DNA from: Gammaproteobacteria bacterium
Lineage (GTDB): Bacteria > Pseudomonadota > Gammaproteobacteria > JACQPQ01
NCBI GenBank assembly: GCA_016207405.1
Contig: JACQPQ010000053.1
Coordinates: 8,246-72,245, forward strand
DNA length: 64,000 nt
Direction of reading: 5' to 3'
The notes under the pieces were generated by a model. That model ran no database searches, had not been told where the DNA came from, and saw only the letters and a program-made list of their open reading frames with translations. The position numbers and the translations under genes are program-made. Shown one piece after another: positions 37,335-45,756 of the stretch. Every line of letters begins with the position of its first letter. The stretch's first letter is position 1.

Positions 37335-38315
37335 ATGACCCTTCTTTTTTGGCGGATCTATTTGGTGGCGATGTGTGCCATTGTATTCACCTATTGGGTG
37401 GGCACGTTTTTGCCGGATAAAAATGTTTATAGTGAACTCGCCATTGTATTTTCTCTTTTAGCGGTTTCTCTCTTCGCTGTGCTTAGGCCTATTGAGAAAC
37501 GCCTCCGTGAACTTGAGCAAACAGCTCGGCAATTGGCCTATGGCCGCTTAGAGGTGCGTGCGAGAACAGGTGGGCATGATAGCGTTTCGCATGTATCAGA
37601 AGCTTTTAACTACATGGCTGAGCGCATCGAATCCCTCATTCGGTCTCAGCAAGAACTCACCAACGCGATTTCGCATGAACTTCGAACACCTATTGCACGT
37701 ATTTGCTTTGAGTTAGAAATGGTCAATATGGCCATGAGTCATGAAGAGCAAGAGAGGCAAATGATTGCCATTGAAGAAGACTTAAAAGAATTGAGTGACC
37801 TTATTGAGGAATTGCTCGTCTATGCCAGGTTAGGGGCAGGCGGCCCAGAGATGCATTTTAAAGAGGTGCTGTTCAGTGCCATGATCTCTGAGTGTTGTGA
37901 AAAGGTGAAAGAGCTGTATCCTGAAATTTCTTACGAATGGAAGCCACTGGCAACGGTTGTGACAGTGGTAGCAGAACCTTATTACTTGCAAAGGGCTATT
38001 CAAAATGTGGTGGTCAATGCGAGTCGATATGCGAGTTCTATCGTTAAAATCATCCTTTTTGAGAAAGGAGACCATTGGGTGTTAGAAGTTGAAGATGATG
38101 GCCCTGGCATTCCTGTCGAAGAGCGGGAACGGGTGTTTTCTCCTTTTGCGCGATTGGATGACAGCAGAACCCGACAAACAGGGGGACATGGTTTGGGGCT
38201 TGCTATTGTTCGACGCATTATTCGCTGGCACTCTGGACGCGTTTGGATTGAAAATAGTTCCCTGGGGGGTGCTAAACTGATTCTCACTTGGCCTCAAAAT
38301 CTTCAGAAATCCTAA
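37335..38315 (+). CDS. Sensor histidine kinase (2 TM, short periplasmic loop)
   Basis: H-box SHELRTPIA, N-box NVVVNASRYA, G-boxes EDDGPGI and GHGLGLAIV. Start at ATG 37335. Partner of the upstream regulator. Confidence 0.9.
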   Translation: MTLLFWRIYLVAMCAIVFTYWVGTFLPDKNVYSELAIVFSLLAVSLFAVLRPIEKRLRELEQTARQLAYGRLEVRARTGGHDSVSHVSEAFNYMAERIESLIRSQQELTNAISHELRTPIARICFELEMVNMAMSHEEQERQMIAIEEDLKELSDLIEELLVYARLGAGGPEMHFKEVLFSAMISECCEKVKELYPEISYEWKPLATVVTVVAEPYYLQRAIQNVVVNASRYASSIVKIILFEKGDHWVLEVEDDGPGIPVEERERVFSPFARLDDSRTRQTGGHGLGLAIVRRIIRWHSGRVWIENSSLGGAKLILTWPQNLQKS

Positions 38316-38325
38316 ATCCTAATCT
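38307..38325. repeat. AAATCCT heptamer repeat carrying two convergent stop codons
   Basis: The sequence is gaaatcct aaatcct aatc. The kinase stop TAA is at 38313-15 and the ung stop TAG is the complement of 38312-14, so both lie inside the repeat. Confidence 0.8.
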
Positions 38326-39022
38326 CTGGCAGCTGCCAGTTAATAGGCGTTTTCCCCTGTTTGATAAGATACGCATTGGTCTTAGAAAAATGCTGGCATC
38401 CAAAGAATCCATTATGGGCGGAGAAGGGGGAAGGGTGAGCTGCTTTTAAGACCAAATGTCGCTGGTCATCAATAAATTGTCCTTTTTTATGCGCGTAACT
38501 GCCCCATAACAGAAAAACCAAGTGGTCTTTTTGGGCGTTAAGGCATTCGATGACTTTGTCTGTAAAAATTTCCCAGCCATGTCCTTGATGCGAACCCGGT
38601 TTCCCGAGTTCAACTGTTAATACACTGTTTAACAACAGAATGCCCTGCTGTGCCCAAGATACCAAGTGCCCATGTTTGGCAGGAGGAAGGCAGAGATCAG
38701 CTTTCAGTTCGCGGTAGATATTTTTAAGTGAGGGAGGGATGGCTTGATGAGGCCTTACTGAGAAAGAAAGTCCATGGGCTTGATTTTTTCCATGATAAGG
38801 ATCTTGCCCCAGCAACACCACTTTGACAGCATCAAAAGGTGTGTAATGGAAGGCGTTAAAATACTCACTCCCTTTTGGACAGATTATTTTGTTGGCTTTT
38901 TTCTCTTCGATAAGAAACTGCTTGAGCTCTGCCAAATAAGGCTGCTTAAATTCATCCAGGAGATGTTCTTTCCAAGAGGGAGGGAGTTGGATTTTTGGTT
39001 CTGATTCGGTGGATATTTCCAT
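38312..39022 (-). CDS. ung: Uracil-DNA glycosylase
   Basis: GQDPYHG catalytic motif, HPSPFSA leucine-loop region. Start at ATG 39022, overlapping the stop of the upstream pilin-like gene by 1 nt (GTGATGG). Confidence 0.92.
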   Translation of the reverse strand: MEISTESEPKIQLPPSWKEHLLDEFKQPYLAELKQFLIEEKKANKIICPKGSEYFNAFHYTPFDAVKVVLLGQDPYHGKNQAHGLSFSVRPHQAIPPSLKNIYRELKADLCLPPAKHGHLVSWAQQGILLLNSVLTVELGKPGSHQGHGWEIFTDKVIECLNAQKDHLVFLLWGSYAHKKGQFIDDQRHLVLKAAHPSPFSAHNGFFGCQHFSKTNAYLIKQGKTPINWQLPEIRI

Positions 39023-39558
39023 CACACGCGCATTTCTGGGCAATCTTTTTTTGTGATTTCATTGAACTTAACTCTACCCACTCGATTTAAAACAACTGCA
39101 CGTCCGGTATGAGCAGAAGAGCAAACGAAAAAAGAACCATTGTCAAAACCTACAATGAAACCTGTAGAGTTGAATTGAATCGGCGTCTTTCCGGTCCATG
39201 TTATTTTTAAGTCTCTGGGAGTGTGGGTGTGATCATAGAGTAAAATCTCTGAATCCTCTTTTTTATGGTTTCTATTGTTATCCACAAAGATAATCCATCC
39301 TTCATTCCAGTCTTCGGAGCAATTGGGTTTAGGGCAAAAAGTGATGAAAGCGTTTCGTCTAATGGCTTCACTCTTCGCATAATACAGACTATTGGCAAAG
39401 GCATAGGTTTGGGACTCTATTTCGAAAGCATGAATGAGGGGGGCAAAAGAGGGGAGGATCAGTGCAACCAAAAGTGAAATGAGACCGAGTACGACAAGAC
39501 ATTCTAGTAACGTAAACCCTATGGAATTCCCAGAAATTTTTGTAATCCAAAACTCCAA
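39022..39558 (-). CDS. Type IV minor-pilin-like protein (GspH/FimT family)
   Basis: Prepilin-type N-terminal methylation motif GFTLLE, followed by the hydrophobic helix CLVVLGLISLLVALILP. About 178 aa, as for FimT/FimU. TTG start with an unusually long leader. Confidence 0.65.
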   Translation of the reverse strand: MEFWITKISGNSIGFTLLECLVVLGLISLLVALILPSFAPLIHAFEIESQTYAFANSLYYAKSEAIRRNAFITFCPKPNCSEDWNEGWIIFVDNNRNHKKEDSEILLYDHTHTPRDLKITWTGKTPIQFNSTGFIVGFDNGSFFVCSSAHTGRAVVLNRVGRVKFNEITKKDCPEMRV

Positions 39559-39568
39559 ATCCTAAATT

Positions 39569-40285
39569 CTATGGTAACGGGCAGTTTAGCCTTCTTGCAA
39601 CTTCCTCATAAGCTTCTATAACCTCTCCCAGATCTTGCCTGAACCTGTCTTTGTCTAGTTTTTTCCGTGTTTTGATATCCCAAATGCGGCAACCGTCGGG
39701 CGTAAATTCATCTCCTAAGACAAGTTTTCCTTGGTCATATCCAAATTCCAGTTTGTAATCCACCAGCAACAAGCCTGCTTGTAGGAAGAGGGGCTTCAGA
39801 ATAGCATTGGTGCGTGCCGTTAGGGTTTTTAAAGTTGTGATGGCTTCTTCACTCGCCCACTGGAAGGTTAAGATGTGAGAGTCGTTTATCATTGGATCCC
39901 CTAAGAGATCACTTTTATAGAAAAATTCAAAAATGGGAGGGGAAAGCTCCATCCCTTCTGGAATTTGAAGCCGCTTGCATAAACTTCCTGTTGCGATATT
40001 TCGGATGACGCATTCGATTGGAATCATCTCTAGGCGTTTTACAAGACTTTCCGTATTGGAAAGGATCTTTTCGAAGTGACACGGTATGCCCGATGCTTGA
40101 AGTTTTTGCATTATAAAGGCATTAAAGTGGTTGTTAACAAGGCCTTTCCGGGCAAACGTTGCTTTTTTTTGGGCGTTAAAAGCAGTGGCATCATCTCGAA
40201 ACAGCATGATAAGGTGGTGAGGACTCTCCGTGCAAAAAAGTGTTTTAGATTTGCCGGATTTTAATTCTTGGGTTTTGCAGAACAT
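39569..40285 (-). CDS. purC: Phosphoribosylaminoimidazole-succinocarboxamide synthase
   Basis: It aligns along its length with E. coli PurC ([53 protein letters not shown]). Start at ATG 40285. Confidence 0.93.
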   Translation of the reverse strand: MFCKTQELKSGKSKTLFCTESPHHLIMLFRDDATAFNAQKKATFARKGLVNNHFNAFIMQKLQASGIPCHFEKILSNTESLVKRLEMIPIECVIRNIATGSLCKRLQIPEGMELSPPIFEFFYKSDLLGDPMINDSHILTFQWASEEAITTLKTLTARTNAILKPLFLQAGLLLVDYKLEFGYDQGKLVLGDEFTPDGCRIWDIKTRKKLDKDRFRQDLGEVIEAYEEVARRLNCPLP

Positions 40286-40295
40286 ATTATTTCTC

Positions 40296-40499
40296 CTAAT
40301 CCCTAACCCCATCGTCTCCCGGAATCGGAAATAGCGGTTCATTCTTAGGAGCTTTTATATCGCTTGGGACTGCGAGTGATTGGGTCAGAGTGCTTTTTTT
40401 ATAATCTTCTGCTCTATCTCGAAAAGCATGCTTCAAAGAAGAACAGCCATTTACGAAAAATATCAGACAGCAACAGAGTGTGACAGTCCGAGCGCTCAT
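40296..40499 (-). CDS. 67-aa lipoprotein in the bamC position (BamC N-terminal-segment-like)
   Basis: Signal plus lipobox-like VNGC. ATGA overlap with the dapA stop. It is placed between dapA and purC exactly like E. coli bamC (nlpB). [19 protein letters not shown]...[10 protein letters not shown]...PIPG loosely parallels the BamC N-terminal BamD-binding segment. Confidence 0.5.
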   Translation of the reverse strand: MSARTVTLCCCLIFFVNGCSSLKHAFRDRAEDYKKSTLTQSLAVPSDIKAPKNEPLFPIPGDDGVRD

Positions 40500-41383
40500 G
40501 GAGATATGGGAAACGCGCCTGCCATTTCAAGCGCATGTTTAACCGCACTATGGTGCTGCGAAGAAAGTGGAAGAAGGGGCAATCTTAAAATGTTGTGAAT
40601 CAAACCCATTTCAGAAAGCGCCCATTTGACAGGGATGGGATTGGATTCTAAAAACAAGGCCCTATGTAAATCCAAGATCTGGCGGTTATAAGCGGTTGCC
40701 GCTTCCCCCGCTCCTTTTTTAGCACTTTCTACCATAGCCTTCATAAGCCTAGGGGCACAATTTGCCGTTACGGAAATGACGCCATGTCCCCCCATCAAAA
40801 TAAAATCTTTTGCCGTGGCGTCATCTCCAGAGAAGAGTAAAAAAGTATTCTTACATTTTTTTAGGAGTGGGGGCACTCGGTTGAGATCTCCAGTCGCTTC
40901 TTTAGACCCTATGATGCGAGGAAGGAGCGAGAGACGTGCAACCGTGTCAGGGAGAATATCGGATGCCGTTCTTCCTGGAACATTATATAAAATGAGCGGA
41001 ATGTCTACGGCATCGTGGATGGCTTTGTAATGATGGTAGAGTCCCTCTTGTGTGGGCTTGTTGTAGTAAGGGGCAACCAGTAGAGCGGCATAGGCACCGA
41101 GCTTTTCTGCCCGCTTTGTGCACTCGATGGTTTTTCGAGTACAGTTGCAGCCAGTTCCGGCAATGATGGGAACTTGCTTTGCAGTCATGCTGAGGGCCCA
41201 ATCGATGAGTTGTTCTTGTTCTTCTTGTGTCAGGGTTGGACTTTCGCCGGTGGTCCCTGCGACAACGATGGCGTCTGTGCCATTGTCAAGATGAAAACGA
41301 ATGAGCGTTTCAAAAGCTCGTTTGTCCAGCTCCCCTTGTTGGGTGAAAGGGGTTGTCAATGCCACTATACTACCGGTTATCAT
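40496..41383 (-). CDS. dapA: 4-hydroxy-tetrahydrodipicolinate synthase
   Basis: GSIVALTTPF, VVAGTTGESPTL, YNVPGRT and the active-site Lys region (GSKEATGD). Confidence 0.93.
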   Translation of the reverse strand: MITGSIVALTTPFTQQGELDKRAFETLIRFHLDNGTDAIVVAGTTGESPTLTQEEQEQLIDWALSMTAKQVPIIAGTGCNCTRKTIECTKRAEKLGAYAALLVAPYYNKPTQEGLYHHYKAIHDAVDIPLILYNVPGRTASDILPDTVARLSLLPRIIGSKEATGDLNRVPPLLKKCKNTFLLFSGDDATAKDFILMGGHGVISVTANCAPRLMKAMVESAKKGAGEAATAYNRQILDLHRALFLESNPIPVKWALSEMGLIHNILRLPLLPLSSQHHSAVKHALEMAGAFPISP

Positions 41384-41428
41384 GATCTCGCCATGCTAGC
41401 GTTTGGTGTTTGGAATAGCAAGGGGGGA

Positions 41429-41446
41429 GATAGGATTTAGGATTAG
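41429..41446. repeat. Heptamer repeat (gataggatttaggattag), reverse orientation
   Basis: Complement of CTAATCCTAAATCCTATC, located in the dapA/dgkA divergent spacer. Confidence 0.7.
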
Positions 41447-41451
41447 CGAAT

Positions 41452-41805
41452 ATGAATAAAAAATACTGGACTCAAATTATCCATGCATTCACCTTTTCCT
41501 GCCAAGGACTTTTGTATGCTTTAAAACGGGAGCGTGCTTTTCAGCAAGAATTGATGCTGGCAGCTGTTTTGATTCCTATTGCTTTTTGGTTGGAAGTGAG
41601 CCAGCTAGAACGAATCTTATTGGTCGCTTCAATGTTGTGGATTCTCATAATTGAACTCTTAAACTCAAGCATTGAAACCGCTATTGACCGAATCGGTCTT
41701 GAACATCATAGCCTTTCTAAACTCTCCAAAGACTTAAGCTCTGCCGCTGTTATGATGAGTTTTATTCTCATGTTCTATATATGGGTAAGTATTCTGAAAT
41801 CCTAA
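41452..41805 (+). CDS. dgkA: Diacylglycerol kinase (prokaryotic DgkA)
   Basis: 117 aa with 3 TM. It parallels E. coli DgkA (ERAFQQELMLAAVLIPIAFWL, ELLNSSIETAIDRI). Confidence 0.88.
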   Translation: MNKKYWTQIIHAFTFSCQGLLYALKRERAFQQELMLAAVLIPIAFWLEVSQLERILLVASMLWILIIELLNSSIETAIDRIGLEHHSLSKLSKDLSSAAVMMSFILMFYIWVSILKS

Positions 41806-41855
41806 ATCCTAGTAAGGTGGACCGCTCGCTTTGTCCATCCTACTAAATCCTATTT
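41796..41855. repeat. Mosaic: AAATCCT heptamers + REP-B + AAATCCT
   Basis: The sequence is gaaatcct aaatcct ag (contains the dgkA stop at 41803-05), then ggtggaccgctcgctttgtccatcctac (41816-43), then taaatcctatttc (contains the stop of the convergent hydrolase gene, complement of 41850-52). Confidence 0.8.
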
Positions 41856-42659
41856 CAAATGCCGTCCAAAAAACGCCTTGGCGTTGTCAAAAGAGTCTTT
41901 GGTGGCATTAAGATTGGGGATGGTTTTGATGGGGAGCAAATCATAGGCATGCTGGGCACCTTCATAGGAAATCAATTGAATTTCTCCGCCAATTCTCCCC
42001 ACAAGTTCCTTGCATGCTTTTGGGGATACTTCATCATCTAAAGAAGCAACGAAAATGAAAAGCGGTGCATAAGGTTTGTAACCTGGTTGTTTTGTTTGTG
42101 GAATGCAGCCAGGGTAAAGCGCAAGCGCAGCACCAAAGCCTGATGTGGGGATAGCGCTTCCCCCTTTCCGCTTCGAGGTGAGGGATGCGAGCACGGTCAT
42201 CCCTCCATTCGACCAGCCTTGTAACCCAATAGGCTTATCGGTCATTTGACGTAGAAAACCCAGCGCCCCATACGCATCCAATGGTCGTACCAATTGGTCG
42301 CTGACTGTTTTTGGACGATCCTTGTAGGAACCCTTTGAAAATCCTTTGGGAAAGCCGCGGGGGGTAAAACTATCGACCAGAAGAGCCGAGTATCCTTCTT
42401 TCGCCCAAAACTCCCCCCACATTTTATGACGTTCGCTCAGTGTTTTGGCAGAAAATGTTGTTACTTTTGCAGCATAAGCGCCTGCACGCCCATGCAGCAT
42501 AACAACGCCTGGATGAGGCCCTGCTCCCTCTGGCGTAAATAAATAACCTATCAGAGATGTTTTTCCATCACGGCTTAGAAACGAAACCGTTTCAGGTTCC
42601 CCTGCCATTGCTTCAACCATTGTCCACAATACGATAAAAGTTACCATGTATTTTTTCAT
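41850..42659 (-). CDS. Secreted dienelactone-hydrolase-family alpha/beta hydrolase
   Basis: Signal peptide MKKYMVTFIVLWTMVEAMA, oxyanion-region HG (VVMLHGRAG), nucleophile elbow GWSNGG, C-terminal His (GAQHAYD). Confidence 0.7.
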   Translation of the reverse strand: MKKYMVTFIVLWTMVEAMAGEPETVSFLSRDGKTSLIGYLFTPEGAGPHPGVVMLHGRAGAYAAKVTTFSAKTLSERHKMWGEFWAKEGYSALLVDSFTPRGFPKGFSKGSYKDRPKTVSDQLVRPLDAYGALGFLRQMTDKPIGLQGWSNGGMTVLASLTSKRKGGSAIPTSGFGAALALYPGCIPQTKQPGYKPYAPLFIFVASLDDEVSPKACKELVGRIGGEIQLISYEGAQHAYDLLPIKTIPNLNATKDSFDNAKAFFGRHLK

Positions 42660-42724
42660 AATCTGGGGCCTCCTTATTTATAGTGTAGTAGAGGTTCACC
42701 AGAAGAGGGCTTCCGCATTAAACT

Positions 42725-42755
42725 GTAGGCCGGCTTAAGCGAAGCGTAGCCGGCC
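42725..42755. repeat. REP-A copy (gtaggccggcttaagcgaagcgtagccggcc)
   Basis: GTAG-headed palindrome between two minus-strand genes. Same family as 5257, 59548 and 1751. Confidence 0.75.
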
Positions 42756-42771
42756 AGGGGCGCCCAAGCCG

Positions 42772-43491
42772 TTATTTAAAACTATTAGCCCTCTCGATTT
42801 CAAATTGGGGCGCATCTTCAGAACTTGGAGAGGCAAGTTCGGTTACCCGAACTCTTTTGTACCCCAAGTACAAGCTCCCCGTGTACTGCAGCGTATACTC
42901 GTCTTTTACTTTCCATTGGCCTTCTAAGCCAACAGAGCCGAGTACATCGGGAAGTTTGTCTAGAGTTATTTTAAGCGTGGTCCCACTCGCACTGATAAAT
43001 TGGTAATCAATGGTTGTGGATTTAAGAGTGTCTGTAATAATCCACCCGTTTTGGAGGCGCTGATACGCCTCCTGATTATTCTCAAGCCACGCGATCAGCG
43101 CCCATTCGCTGATTACTTCGTTTTCAAAGGGTCCAAAGTGCATTTTGATCTCATGCACGTTTTGGTATTCCCCTTTAAGCTGAACGGGCGCCTTAACAAA
43201 ATAAACTCCGGCTTTGAGTTCACAGAGGACCGTCTTTCCATAATCGGGTATTTTTACAGTACCCTTTATGATTTTAACGGTTCCATTGGGGAGAACTTCC
43301 CCTGCGTGTGCCACAATGCGCTCTACGCCTTCTTCGTCAAAACGGATAATGGTCCCAGGACCATTAAAATCTCTAGGCGCTTCGAACATCGCATATCCAA
43401 AACTCGCCAAATGTTCGCGGAGAGGTTCTAGGCCGTGAGGGGCACAGCCTGTAAACAGGAGGATGGCTAATAGGAGAAATTTTTTTCCCAT
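42772..43491 (-). CDS. Lipoprotein of unknown function (beta-rich, about 239 aa)
   Basis: Start at ATG 43491 with RBS aaagga. Signal plus lipobox MGKKFLLLAILLFTGC. The ORF-track N-terminal extension was rejected. No family was recognised. Confidence 0.55.
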   Translation of the reverse strand: MGKKFLLLAILLFTGCAPHGLEPLREHLASFGYAMFEAPRDFNGPGTIIRFDEEGVERIVAHAGEVLPNGTVKIIKGTVKIPDYGKTVLCELKAGVYFVKAPVQLKGEYQNVHEIKMHFGPFENEVISEWALIAWLENNQEAYQRLQNGWIITDTLKSTTIDYQFISASGTTLKITLDKLPDVLGSVGLEGQWKVKDEYTLQYTGSLYLGYKRVRVTELASPSSEDAPQFEIERANSFK

Positions 43492-43594
43492 TCGAAATCC
43501 TTTCATTAGATCAGGTAGAATTGGGATACTGCAGTTAAATAGCAGTATGACGGAGGGAGTAAAAGCATGCCAACCCAGCATGCATTCAACGCAT

Positions 43595-44764
43595 ATGAAG
43601 TTAACCATCTTAGGCTCAACCGGTTCTATTGGCCAGAGCACTCTGGCCCTCATCGAACAACACAGAGACCGCTTTGAAGTGGTTGCCCTCACCGCCTCCT
43701 CCAACTGGGAGTTACTGGCCAAGCAGTGTCAGCGCTTCAAACCAAAATATGCCGTGCTCACGGAAGAACAAGCGGTTGGGCACTTAGAAAAAACGCTTAA
43801 AACCGAAGGATTAGATACGACAGTGCTTTATGGACAAAAAGGGCTGACACACGTGGCTAGCTTGCAAGAAGTAGATACCGTGATGGCGGCCATTGTGGGT
43901 GCGGCGGGACTTATCCCCAGTTTTTCTGCGCTATCACACGGTAAAACGGTATTGTTGGCGAATAAAGAAGCCTTAGTCATGGCAGGGAGCCTTTTTATCC
44001 AAGAAGCACAAAAGAATCATGCCACCCTCATCCCAGTGGATAGCGAACACAATGCTATTTTTCAGTGTCTGCCTTCTTCTTTTTCAGTGGGGTGTAAACC
44101 AGAGGGAATTGCTCGCTTGACTTTAACGGCTTCTGGAGGCCCTTTTCTGCATACACCCATTGAAAAACTGGCTTCTGTAACGCCTGAAGAAGCCTCTGCT
44201 CACCCCAAGTGGTCCATGGGCAAAAAAATTTCGGTTGATTCTGCCACCATGATGAATAAAGGGTTTGAAGTGATAGAAGCCCACTGGTTGTTTGATATGC
44301 CCCCCTCAAGCATTCAAGTGGTCATTCATCCAGAGAGCATTGTGCATTCTTTTGTTCATTGCATCGATGGAGCGATTTTGGCGGAATTGAGTCAACCGGA
44401 CATGCAGATCCCCATTAGAGCAGCACTGGCTTGGCCCAACCGTATGGTTTCCCCTATTCCCTCTTTAGAGATCACGGAACTCAATACACTCCAATTTTTA
44501 CCCATCGATCGAAAGCGTTTTCCCCTTTTATCTTTGGCGTATGCGGTACTGGAAGAAAAAGGAACCGCACCGGTTTCTTTGAATGCAGCGAATGAAATCG
44601 CAGTGGAAGCCTTTTTAGCAAGGAAACTTTCCTTTATGAATATTTCTACTGTTGTTCATCGTGCCATAGAAAAACTGCCGGTGAGATCGATGACTACCCT
44701 CCAAGAAGTCTTAGCTGCTGATCTTCTTGCGAGAACGATGACGCGAGAACTGATAGAACGGTAA
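43595..44764 (+). CDS. dxr: 1-deoxy-D-xylulose 5-phosphate reductoisomerase
   Basis: Start at ATG 43595 (MKLTILGSTGSIGQSTL, NADPH motif). LANKEALV, DSEHNAIFQC, SAHPKWSMGKKISVDSATMMNKG. Confidence 0.95.
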   Translation: MKLTILGSTGSIGQSTLALIEQHRDRFEVVALTASSNWELLAKQCQRFKPKYAVLTEEQAVGHLEKTLKTEGLDTTVLYGQKGLTHVASLQEVDTVMAAIVGAAGLIPSFSALSHGKTVLLANKEALVMAGSLFIQEAQKNHATLIPVDSEHNAIFQCLPSSFSVGCKPEGIARLTLTASGGPFLHTPIEKLASVTPEEASAHPKWSMGKKISVDSATMMNKGFEVIEAHWLFDMPPSSIQVVIHPESIVHSFVHCIDGAILAELSQPDMQIPIRAALAWPNRMVSPIPSLEITELNTLQFLPIDRKRFPLLSLAYAVLEEKGTAPVSLNAANEIAVEAFLARKLSFMNISTVVHRAIEKLPVRSMTTLQEVLAADLLARTMTRELIER

Positions 44765-44829
44765 GGGTCCGTAAAAGAATAAGGGCCTGTAAAAGAATAA
44801 CTTTCCCTCCCTAAAGCGCACCCTACTAT

Positions 44830-45744
44830 TCAAATCACTTCCTCTTCTTTTTTCTCACTTACCGCAAGATGCACGCTTTTAACGCCCATCGCCAGTGCAA
44901 TAGAACTTGCAATGTAAATAGAAGAATAGGTTCCCACAACAATACCCACACCCATCGCAATCGCGAAATTATGAATGAGCGCTCCCCCCCAGAAATAAAG
45001 CGCAATCACGACCAACAAAGTTGTAAAGGAAGTATTAATCGTTCTGGCTAGGGTTTCATTGAGTGAGATATTGACGATGGTCTCTGAAGGCATGTTTCTA
45101 AATTTTCTAAAGTTTTCTCGGATCCGGTCATACACGACAATGGTGTCGTTAATGGAATATCCTATGATAGTTAAAATGGCAGCTAGCCCTGTTAAATCAA
45201 ATTCCAGGCTAAACCAAGAAAATATACCAAACGTAATAAGCGCATCATGAATTAAGGCAACGACTGCCCCAGTGGCAAAGCGATACTCATACCGAACCAT
45301 TACGTAGATTAAAATACCGAGGAGTGCCACGATTAGACCTAGCATCCCCTGCTCCAAAAGCTCTTTACCCACACTCGGACCTACATACTCGATACGGCGA
45401 AGCGTCACTTTTTGGTCAGGCACTTGGAAGACAGAAAGAAGCTTGTCCCTAACTTGACTATCCACTCGCCCCGCTCGAGTTGGGATCCGAATGAGAATTT
45501 CTTTGTCTGTACCATATTGCTGAAGAACCGCATCTTCAAAATCAGACTGATTTAAGAGTGTTCTGATTTCTGACTGAACAACCGGGTGTTCAAAGCGGAA
45601 TTCAATCAGTAGTCCTCCTGTATAATCCAGCCCTAAGTTAAGACCTTGCCCAATAAGAGAAACGACCGCACCCAGAACTAAAACGCCAGACAGCATAGCA
45701 GATACTTTTCGTTTACCAATAAAGTTAATGTTGAATCGGTTCAT
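44830..45744 (-). CDS. secF: Protein translocase subunit SecF
   Basis: GLNLGLDYTGG, 6 TM, located 12 nt after the secD stop. ATG 45744 is preferred to the TTG at 45753. Confidence 0.9.
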   Translation of the reverse strand: MNRFNINFIGKRKVSAMLSGVLVLGAVVSLIGQGLNLGLDYTGGLLIEFRFEHPVVQSEIRTLLNQSDFEDAVLQQYGTDKEILIRIPTRAGRVDSQVRDKLLSVFQVPDQKVTLRRIEYVGPSVGKELLEQGMLGLIVALLGILIYVMVRYEYRFATGAVVALIHDALITFGIFSWFSLEFDLTGLAAILTIIGYSINDTIVVYDRIRENFRKFRNMPSETIVNISLNETLARTINTSFTTLLVVIALYFWGGALIHNFAIAMGVGIVVGTYSSIYIASSIALAMGVKSVHLAVSEKKEEEVI

Positions 45745-45756
45745 AGAAAACAATAT

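Noticed and set aside
44765-44829. Direct duplication gtaaaagaataa x2 after dxr (ggtccgtaaaagaataagggcctgtaaaagaataac)
   Set aside because: It is a short local tandem duplication in a convergent spacer. It is not shared with other loci in the window and has no obvious function.
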